From a virus (taxonomy: Duplodnaviria; Caudoviricetes), in IMG/VR virus record IMGVR_UViG_3300020045_005843, positions 1 through 35,919 of that record: a DNA stretch of 35,919 nt. One strand, given 5' to 3'. Position numbers and translations under genes: made by a program. Positions 1-6,797 of the stretch are shown piece after piece. Every line of letters begins with the position of its first letter. Position 1 is the first letter of the stretch. Below the pieces are notes generated by a model. That model was given only the letters and a program-made list of their open reading frames with translations, ran no database searches and had not been told where the DNA came from.

Positions 1-943
1 ATGTTGCAGGGTATGGTGTACCTCCAGCTCCTTGTGTCAAGCTGTCTCCCCAGCACCAAATCCATTTATGAGCAGGGTCTAGTCTTGTGCTTTCAGGATT
101 CAAAACATCGTTCAAGACATCTACAGTTGGGTACTTCTGTCCAGTACCATCAACTACTAAACTATTTTGTTTATTTGACTTAATCTCGTATTCTCCAGCC
201 AAAACATTAAAAGGCACTGGTAACACTGTTCTTACTGGCTCATTGCCACCAAACTGAAATTGATAAACAGGGTCTGAACCGCCAGCAATACGGTTAGCAT
301 AAGTTTTTGTAACAATTCTATCAGTCAAGGAAAATGCGCCATTATCCCAAACACCCGAAGCAGAAAATTCTGCATAAGTACCGTTAACAACTTCTCCGCT
401 TACACTTGAGGTACAGATTAGAGTTTCAGTTCCTGCGGTATCTCTATGATACACCTCGAAGTAAAATTGAGCCGTACCCGATCCGCTTACTTTTCGAATA
501 TTTCCATAAGTCGTAACATTAAAAACGCCTGGATTACCTGTTAAAACTCCAGCATCTGAAATTCTTTGTGAAATTAGCTGTGCAGTACCTGTGATTGCTG
601 GCGTGCTAACATCTACTGCTGTAGAATTGTATCGTGGGTCGTGGATATCTTTTACAAGTACTACATATCCGCTCACGTCACTCGCTGTGGTTGTAGGGTA
701 TAGCGTTAAGTTCGCTGGGAGGTCTGAAATGTTTAGTTTTTTGTTAAGCGAATCTTGAACGGCTGTCGAAATAGGCAAAGCCGTGGCATTGATATAATTC
801 AATTCACCCGTAGTTGGCTGTTGCGAAATTATTTTTGAGCTTTCCGCCGTTGCGTGGTTACCCCCAAGATTTATGCCCTCGGGAAAGTCTGCTTGTCCGT
901 AACTGGCGATTGATAGTAAAAGTAAGACGATTATTTTTTTCAT
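1..943 (-). CDS. Tail-fibre/spike-like protein with signal-peptide-like N-terminus and the start of an SGNH/GDSL hydrolase domain (partial, runs off the window; absent from the ORF track)
   Basis: Translated by hand from ATG at 943: MKKIIVLLLLSIASYGQADF...; ~220 aa nearly identical to the N-terminal module of 32243..35503; then WIWCWGDSLTQGAGGTPYP (GDSL block I). No stop before base 1. Confidence 0.85.
   Translation of the reverse strand, partial: MKKIIVLLLLSIASYGQADFPEGINLGGNHATAESSKIISQQPTTGELNYINATALPISTAVQDSLNKKLNISDLPANLTLYPTTTASDVSGYVVLVKDIHDPRYNSTAVDVSTPAITGTAQLISQRISDAGVLTGNPGVFNVTTYGNIRKVSGSGTAQFYFEVYHRDTAGTETLICTSSVSGEVVNGTYAEFSASGVWDNGAFSLTDRIVTKTYANRIAGGSDPVYQFQFGGNEPVRTVLPVPFNVLAGEYEIKSNKQNSLVVDGTGQKYPTVDVLNDVLNPESTRLDPAHKWIWCWGDSLTQGAGGTPYPAT
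119..784. repeat. Direct repeat copy 1 of a ~666-bp coding module (copy 2 at 34658..35323)
   Basis: Constant offset of 34539; exact identity at 258..361 = 34797..34900 and 720..760 = 35259..35299. Confidence 0.95.
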
Positions 944-948
944 TATGT

Positions 949-1476
949 TTAAGGTTTTAAATAAATTGTGTTGCCTGTGTTCACGTTGACAATTATTGTC
1001 ACGTCTGCGCCGTCGTACGTCCACTCCGTTGTTTTGAATAGTTCGCCTTTTGACTTCAAAACGCTACCCGGCTCGAATGCACAGGCGAATGTTTGATTAG
1101 TACCGGTGGCCACGGCTGTATAAAGTACAGGCTCTGGCTTCGGTAAGTCTAAGAGTGTATAACTGGCTTGGTCTTGCGGGTCTCCGCCGTTGTACATAGC
1201 GTTTTCCCAAATCCCGTCAACTGTTGAGTATCGTTTGGCTATGTCCCCCACTTCGATACTCGCCATATCGGTATTCCCTGAGCCTTTGAACTTCAAGGCG
1301 AACACCTCATACAAAGGCACGCCCGTAGCGTTAACCGCGTCTACAAGCTCGTTGAGTTTAGTCCGTATGTTGTTGGTCTCGTCGGCTGAAAGCTTGTTGT
1401 AGAGCTGAATGGTTGCTCCTAGAAGTCTTTCCTTTAGCCCTGCGCTGTTGTGATCGATAAATTCAAAATGCTCCAT
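949..1476 (-). CDS. Putative virion/tail-fibre-associated protein; shares a domain with 35537..35914
   Basis: Lies between the adaptor and fibre genes; motif KG..N..IEVGDI...Y.GGD...SY.LL is shared with the last ORF. Confidence 0.55.
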   Translation of the reverse strand: MEHFEFIDHNSAGLKERLLGATIQLYNKLSADETNNIRTKLNELVDAVNATGVPLYEVFALKFKGSGNTDMASIEVGDIAKRYSTVDGIWENAMYNGGDPQDQASYTLLDLPKPEPVLYTAVATGTNQTFACAFEPGSVLKSKGELFKTTEWTYDGADVTIIVNVNTGNTIYLKP

Positions 1477-1931
1477 TATATTTTATCGATTTGAAATGAG
1501 GAGTAAGGTTCGTAAGTGTTTGTGGGCTTTTCGCTCGCCGTCTGCAAAATCTTTTTAGCCTCGATAAATTGCACCTCGATAGCGTTGTTCAATTTTATCA
1601 AAGTTGTGTTTTTGGCTTGAGCCGTCGGGCTTGACCAATTTGGCTGGTTTATAGCTTTCAGTCCTGCGTTAGTGTGGACATAGGTCTCCTCGCATAGTTG
1701 CCCTGCGATACACATTGAGACTAAAGCCCTAAAGCCTATGAAGTTAACGCTCTCACCGTCGGCGATTGTACCAGCAAAAATGCGTGTCGAAATGTCCGCA
1801 CCAAACATTTGCATAAATATGATGTTTTGGACGAACGTCATAAACGTATCAATTTTATCCTGAGTCAAACTATTGGTTACCGGATAAAATTTCTTAATTT
1901 CTGCGACTGTAATATTTTCGATTGCTGCCAT
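1476..1931 (-). CDS. Putative head-tail adaptor (head completion) protein
   Basis: 151 aa, directly after the portal; N-terminal ITVAEIK..Y pattern of gp6/gp15-like connectors. Mainly positional inference. Confidence 0.55.
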   Translation of the reverse strand: MAAIENITVAEIKKFYPVTNSLTQDKIDTFMTFVQNIIFMQMFGADISTRIFAGTIADGESVNFIGFRALVSMCIAGQLCEETYVHTNAGLKAINQPNWSSPTAQAKNTTLIKLNNAIEVQFIEAKKILQTASEKPTNTYEPYSSFQIDKI

Positions 1932-1935
1932 AGTC

Positions 1936-2967
1936 TTAAGTTGTTATAGGTTCTGCGACTGCGTCTTGGATCGCCACGCCAATTTCGGTAAAAGCCGCTT
2001 CGATTTTCGCCGCTTCAAACTCACATGTTGCTTTCCAGAAATTAATGGCGGCCTGATAGGCTTCTCCGCTATTGCCGAAGAGCCCCTCGCTCGGATTGGC
2101 TAATATTTGAGGGAAACAATAAGCCGCCGTACATATCTTTTTACCCGCCTTATCATCAACGGCGTTGAACTTGTCGAGGTCGATGTCATTCCCAATTGAT
2201 ACCTTTGTAAAAATTTTTGTGACGTCCTCCTCGGTATCAACCGTAAGCACGTGGTTGGTCCCGCTGTTCTTAACCGTCTTGGCTTGGCGTAACGCCGCCA
2301 CAACTCTGTCGGTGTTTGATGTTATTTTCGGTTGGTCTTCGCCGCCCTCGCCCGCCGAAGTCTCTGCTCCTTTTTTCATAACAAAAATGTTATTGCCAAA
2401 AAGGGCATTGTCCGCACTGGCGGTTATAAATGTCGGGGTGTCTGCCTCGACGAGCATCCAAGGCACAACGGGGAAAAACACCGAGTACTCATAGTTTGCC
2501 GTGGTAGTGTTGTATTGGTAAATTTGCCCGGTAAACTTTTCAAAACCTCCGGCTTTGGCAACTTGTGCCGCAACCACTTTTTTATCAGGGTTAAACGCCG
2601 GGAAAACCGCATCGGTGTTTGCGTTTCGGTACTGAGAGGCTTTGCCCAGATCGTCTTTACATTTTACTCGATAGTTTTTGGATAATCTGAAATGTGCCGC
2701 TTTTACGTTCAAGTCGATGTCGTACTCGATCCATAACGTGAAAAAGCCATACTTTATCTTTTCATCCTTTATCTTTTCGAAATAAGGCGCAAAGGCTGGT
2801 TTTAGGTTCGGTAAAACGCAATATTTCTTAAACATCAAAACAGCCATTGAGGCGGTTGGGCTGTTGCGTATAGCGTTGTCCATTTCGGTAAAATAGTCCC
2901 CCTTCTCGATGAGCTTCACGAAATCTTTTTGCTCCCCGATAGGCTTTTTAATCTCAACTATTTCCAT
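1936..2967 (-). CDS. Portal protein (short Bacteroidota-phage type)
   Basis: NSPTA motif near the N-terminus, KYGFFTLWIEY strand, C-terminal ICTAAYCFPQIL..GLFGNSGE portal-like segment. Confidence 0.7.
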   Translation of the reverse strand: MEIVEIKKPIGEQKDFVKLIEKGDYFTEMDNAIRNSPTASMAVLMFKKYCVLPNLKPAFAPYFEKIKDEKIKYGFFTLWIEYDIDLNVKAAHFRLSKNYRVKCKDDLGKASQYRNANTDAVFPAFNPDKKVVAAQVAKAGGFEKFTGQIYQYNTTTANYEYSVFFPVVPWMLVEADTPTFITASADNALFGNNIFVMKKGAETSAGEGGEDQPKITSNTDRVVAALRQAKTVKNSGTNHVLTVDTEEDVTKIFTKVSIGNDIDLDKFNAVDDKAGKKICTAAYCFPQILANPSEGLFGNSGEAYQAAINFWKATCEFEAAKIEAAFTEIGVAIQDAVAEPITT

Positions 2968-2982
2968 AAAAAAGTTTTGTTT

Positions 2983-3012
2983 AAAAAAAGCCCACTTTTA
3001 CACGGGCTTTTT
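2983..3012 (-). terminator. Intrinsic terminator (possibly bidirectional) after the capsid/tail-tube genes
   Basis: AAAAAGCCC-loop-GGGCTTTTT with T-runs on both strands. Confidence 0.75.
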
Positions 3013-3031
3013 GAATTTAGATTAGATAATT

Positions 3032-3514
3032 TTAGTCCAAATTATCTTTTGCGGCTTTAGCGTCAGCCTCTGCTTTAGCGTCAGCCTCTGCTTTAGCGTC
3101 AGCCTCTGCTTTCGCAGTTTTTGCGTCGGCGGCTTTTTTAGCCGCACCAAACAACTGTTTTGGCTCGTCGGATTTTTGCTTTTTTGGGGCTAAAATCTTT
3201 TCGATTTTTTCCTCTTGGATGTCTGAAAATTTGTGAGGCGCAACGGCGTAAACCTTTAAGGCTTCGGCCAATTTCCCTTTCACAACCTCCTCACTATCGT
3301 TCGGGTGGATAGGGTAAAGAACTTTACCAACTCCGTCCGCTACGTAGCTTACTGCCCCTGTTCTTAGGGTAAATAGTGCTTTTACGCTCATAATTATGTA
3401 CTTTTTATATAGGGTGTCGATGTCCTGCGATTTACCGCAAGACACACAACCCTGTTGTTTTTCAATCCACTGCCTCGCCTGTAGTGGCAAGGCATTAAAC
3501 TCGTCAGTCGTCAT
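3032..3514 (-). CDS. Hypothetical protein with CxxC and an Ala/Lys-rich repeat tail
   Basis: GCVSCG motif; C-terminal (AEADAK)x3. Confidence 0.7.
   Translation of the reverse strand: MTTDEFNALPLQARQWIEKQQGCVSCGKSQDIDTLYKKYIIMSVKALFTLRTGAVSYVADGVGKVLYPIHPNDSEEVVKGKLAEALKVYAVAPHKFSDIQEEKIEKILAPKKQKSDEPKQLFGAAKKAADAKTAKAEADAKAEADAKAEADAKAAKDNLD
3054..3112. repeat. 18-bp tandem repeat, about 3.3 copies (gctttagcgtcagcctct)
   Basis: Exact repeats read directly; in frame, encoding AEADAK. Confidence 0.95.
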
Positions 3515-3516
3515 AA

Positions 3517-4131
3517 TTAAGGAATTACAACAACTTCAAGCCTGTTGTTAAACTGAGCTAACGTAGTAGCGTAGTCAGTATCAAGCCAGTTTACGCCGTT
3601 TGGCGTTGCTTCCTCTCCGCCAGCTATGCTGGTAAAGTTACCCGCTACACGGTTTCCAAACTCTATGGCTGTTGGGATAGGCAAGAATTTCAAGCCATTC
3701 ACAACCCCGTAAATATGGAATGCCGAGGCGTTTGCTACTGTCCCTTTTATCGGACCAACTAAAGCCCAAAGCCCAGAGTTTAACGCTTTCACGTTTGCCT
3801 TACCTACCGCAGTTTCTGAGTCAGAAATCACAACAGGCCCCACGGTCTGTTTGTACGAGTCCGAAACACTTGTACCCTCAACCACTTCATAATTTTGAAG
3901 CACTGAGTTATACAACCACTCCATATTTACCGGATAGTACGCCGAAGCGGCTAAAGGGTAAACCCCTGTATCAGGGTCAACCACTTGCACGTCAGTAATT
4001 AGGTACGGGTTTGCAACGTCGGGCGTTACAGCCAAAGCCTCGAGCCTCACCGCAATTAGCGAGGCTTTAAGGTTTAGGGCTACCGAGTCGCAAGCTTTCT
4101 CGATGTCTTTTTGTTTTCCACAAAATGCCAT
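3517..4131 (-). CDS. Putative major tail (tube) protein
   Basis: 204 aa, beta-rich, MAFC...AC start, directly after the capsid gene. Positional inference. Confidence 0.55.
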   Translation of the reverse strand: MAFCGKQKDIEKACDSVALNLKASLIAVRLEALAVTPDVANPYLITDVQVVDPDTGVYPLAASAYYPVNMEWLYNSVLQNYEVVEGTSVSDSYKQTVGPVVISDSETAVGKANVKALNSGLWALVGPIKGTVANASAFHIYGVVNGLKFLPIPTAIEFGNRVAGNFTSIAGGEEATPNGVNWLDTDYATTLAQFNNRLEVVVIP

Positions 4132-4152
4132 ATCTTTTCTTTTTGAGATTAA

Positions 4153-5178
4153 TTAATAAGCCACTACGTAGTAGTCGCCTGCTACGGCCTCTGGGTGCAT
4201 GATGGTCAACATCGTACCAGCCTCCCAACGTTTTGAAACGTCATAGAACTGAGTCCTAAATGAGCTTTCAACTGGTTTAGGGAAAGACAATTGAGGTAAA
4301 CCTACTGTCAAAATGATACGGTGTGGCAACTCTAAAGTACCAGGGGTCGTTGGGGTCAAATCTGCAATAGCAGCAGAAAAATGCTCGTACTTGATCCACT
4401 GGATATCACGATACACGAAAGAGTCGAAATTCCCGAACTCATTTTCAATCGCAACAAAGCGGATGCCTGCAAGTTCGTTTTTTTGTCTTTGGGCTTGGAT
4501 GATGTCGAACAAGGCTACGGTCATCCACGCTGTTTTTGCAGAGTTGGAAACCATTTGCATTGACAAACTTTGAGCAGCAATAACCGCATCCAAATAAGCC
4601 AAAGCCTCGTCATACGTTACAGCGGCTTGGGCGGCTGGCGTAATCCCTGCGTTTTCCGTGATGGTCACGTGTGCTGGGCTTGACGCTAAAATCTTTTTCC
4701 ATTGCCCATCGTCTTTCGTGTAAGCAGCCAATTTGGCGGCCACGTTCAAGTCAGCAGCAATGTAAGTTGTGTCGCCTAACCAATAGGTTTTCAAAGCCGA
4801 AAAGGTAAGCTGTACGGCTTGCTCTCTCGATTTTTGAGCCTCTAGTTCCGCAGTTGGTTCTGGGAAAACAGGGTCGATCCCGTAAACTTCGAATTCCCCC
4901 ACCGATAGGTCGGTTAAACAAATCTTGCACGCCTCATTCATTTGAATGCGGGTGTTTTTCAACACACTAGGCACAGAGCAGGCAAGTGTAACGTCGCAAC
5001 CAGCAACAAGCGTTGCGTCGGAAATTACAATCGGTGCAAGTGAATATGTGTTAGGCTCCAAAGTTACGGAAGTGTTATACTTCGACGTAGCTCTTGCCAG
5101 TGCCTCCATTAAGGCAATTTCAAAATCGGACTCTCCGAATTGAAATGATACAGGGACCATGTTGTTTGCTGTAATCAT
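4153..5178 (-). CDS. Major capsid protein
   Basis: 341 aa after the protease and scaffold genes; size and C-terminal YVVAY ending fit an HK97-fold capsid protein. Confidence 0.7.
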   Translation of the reverse strand: MITANNMVPVSFQFGESDFEIALMEALARATSKYNTSVTLEPNTYSLAPIVISDATLVAGCDVTLACSVPSVLKNTRIQMNEACKICLTDLSVGEFEVYGIDPVFPEPTAELEAQKSREQAVQLTFSALKTYWLGDTTYIAADLNVAAKLAAYTKDDGQWKKILASSPAHVTITENAGITPAAQAAVTYDEALAYLDAVIAAQSLSMQMVSNSAKTAWMTVALFDIIQAQRQKNELAGIRFVAIENEFGNFDSFVYRDIQWIKYEHFSAAIADLTPTTPGTLELPHRIILTVGLPQLSFPKPVESSFRTQFYDVSKRWEAGTMLTIMHPEAVAGDYYVVAY

Positions 5179-5759
5179 TATTTCAAGTTGATTTTAGTTA
5201 GGTCGATGGTTTTACCAGCGACTTTGAATGATTTTGGTTTGTCGTCGTCACCCTCTCCCTCTTTCGGGGCTTTGTGTGACATTGTGGCTTTCAGGGTTGC
5301 AATTGTGGCGTTAGCCGTTGCAAGTCCTGTTGTCAAAGCATCGATAGACGCTTGGGCTGTTGTTCTGAAAGCCTCGTTTGTTTCGAGTTCGAACGCTACG
5401 GCTTCCACAAATTCCGCGGTCTCCGCGCTCATTGCGTCTGCTGGTGGTGCGTCCTCAACTGGCGTTTCAACAACGGCAGTGATTAATCCGCCTGCAACTG
5501 TCACCGTGTAGGTAATAGCATCAGCAACGAAAATATGCTCTCCGTCTGTAGCCGTTACAGCTACACCCTCGGCAATTTCTGAAACGTCGCCAATCTCTGG
5601 GAAAATTAACGTTTCGCCGTTAGCGTCGTCAATTTCCAGCTTGGCTGTTGGTTTGGGTTTGGGTTTTCCTGCTCCGCGAAGTTTCGCGAGGCGGTCTCTC
5701 CAACTTGGCGCGCCGTCTGCTTTCGCAAAAAAGCCGCCTGTTTTAAATGGTCTTTTCAT
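5178..5759 (-). CDS. Putative scaffold / head maturation-associated protein
   Basis: Between protease and capsid; acidic domain plus C-terminal coiled coil. Confidence 0.55.
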   Translation of the reverse strand: MKRPFKTGGFFAKADGAPSWRDRLAKLRGAGKPKPKPTAKLEIDDANGETLIFPEIGDVSEIAEGVAVTATDGEHIFVADAITYTVTVAGGLITAVVETPVEDAPPADAMSAETAEFVEAVAFELETNEAFRTTAQASIDALTTGLATANATIATLKATMSHKAPKEGEGDDDKPKSFKVAGKTIDLTKINLK

Positions 5760-5767
5760 AATTGATT

Positions 5768-6277
5768 TTAAATTTGTTCGTACTCCGCTTCCATGAAACC
5801 TAAGAAAATCAAGTCTTCACGGTTTAAAAAATTGTTGTTTTTGTTTAAAACGTCTTGCATCCCGGGTGCAACTGTTGTGTTCTCAGCTAATATCCGAGCT
5901 GTAAAAGCGTCGGCCTCTTCGAGAACTTCGAGCATTTCGCGCAAGTTCCCTGAGGTTAAGCGGTCAAACACTTCAAAACCCGAAGCGTGGAAAAGGAAAT
6001 TAGCCGACTCGCTGGCAAGCCTTATGTCCCCTAATAGAAACAAAAACATTCCACAAGAAAAGGCGAAATTATCGACGTTCGTTATGAACACAAAGCCCTC
6101 TTGTTTTTTTTGTGCAATCAATGCCTCCATCTCTTGCAATACTTCTGTATAACCGCCGTGGCTTTCGATGTCTAAACGAATAGCGCAGGGTTCGGTTAAG
6201 CTATTTATGAACGTAGCGAAACGGTCAGCCAAAGGCTGTTCGAAATCGCAAAACACTTTAAATTCTACTGTCTCCAT
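5768..6277 (-). CDS. ClpP-like prohead protease
   Basis: IESHGG, AFSCG (catalytic Ser), FLFH (catalytic His), LIFLGFME end motif typical of ClpP/S14. Confidence 0.85.
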   Translation of the reverse strand: METVEFKVFCDFEQPLADRFATFINSLTEPCAIRLDIESHGGYTEVLQEMEALIAQKKQEGFVFITNVDNFAFSCGMFLFLLGDIRLASESANFLFHASGFEVFDRLTSGNLREMLEVLEEADAFTARILAENTTVAPGMQDVLNKNNNFLNREDLIFLGFMEAEYEQI

Positions 6278-6504
6278 TTAGGGCATATATTATTTTCTTC
6301 TTTGGCAAAAATCTTTGTCGCCAAAGGGCAACCGCATTCTAAACATACAAAGCCGTTAATCTCTTCCATTTTTGAGTTGAAGATTTGAGCGTAAAGCCTA
6401 ATTTCTTTCTCCGGGCATTCTGCGCAAACGGCGGCGCGGTCTTTTCCCTCTTTGCCTATCTCTCCCGTAACGTGTTGTTTCAAAGCCTGTACAAAGTCTA
6501 ACAT
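6265..6504 (-). CDS. Small Cys-rich (putative Zn-binding) protein
   Basis: R..VCAECP...CLECGCPLATK...CPKW. Confidence 0.75.
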   Translation of the reverse strand: MLDFVQALKQHVTGEIGKEGKDRAAVCAECPEKEIRLYAQIFNSKMEEINGFVCLECGCPLATKIFAKEENNICPKWRQ

Positions 6505-6525
6505 AGTCTAATTTTTGTAAAGCAG

Positions 6526-6559
6526 AAAAGCCCTAACCGCGTGAGCAGTTAAGGCTTTT
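6526..6559 (-). terminator. Intrinsic terminator/attenuator in the head-operon leader
   Basis: Minus strand AAAAGCCTTAACTGC-TCAC-GCGGTTAGGGCTTTT. Confidence 0.7.
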
Positions 6560-6621
6560 AGGCTGGTGTTTTAGGAGTCATGGCGGTACTATGTAACATC
6601 ACATAGGGTATTAGGTTGTTA

Positions 6622-6651
6622 CAAATGTAAATATAATTTTCATACGTGCAA
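6622..6651 (-). promoter_or_regulatory. Bacteroidota housekeeping-sigma promoter (-33/-7)
   Basis: TTGCA-N17-TACATTTG, with the same spacing as the promoters at 18806 and 30176. Confidence 0.8.
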
Positions 6652-6662
6652 CATTTTGGCCT

Positions 6663-6697
6663 AAAAAAAAAGCCGAACAAATCAATGTCGGCTTTTT
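6663..6697 (-). terminator. Intrinsic terminator downstream of the tape measure gene (bidirectional)
   Basis: AAAAAGCCGA-loop-TCGGCTTTTTTTTT. Confidence 0.8.
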
Positions 6698-6762
6698 CCT
6701 CCTTTCGCTAAAAAAATTAAAACTACTTCATAACTAAAAAATTTAAAAGAATGAGCTATCAA
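6663..6762 (-). ncRNA. Candidate ~100-nt small RNA (or tape-measure 3'UTR) complementary to the polA start region
   Basis: TACATTTG -7 box at 6766..6773 (no clear -33), no ORF longer than MK*, ends in a terminator; two segments match the plus strand of 26939..26971. Confidence 0.4.
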
Positions 6763-6797
6763 ATACAAATGTAATTAAATTAATATTATGCGGTTAA

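Noticed and set aside
119-784. Similarity between the window ends read as terminal redundancy, a DGR template/variable pair, or a shufflon
   Set aside because: The flanks differ and the copies are diverged paralogues; differences are not adenine-specific; no reverse transcriptase or invertase is seen; the copies are in direct orientation.
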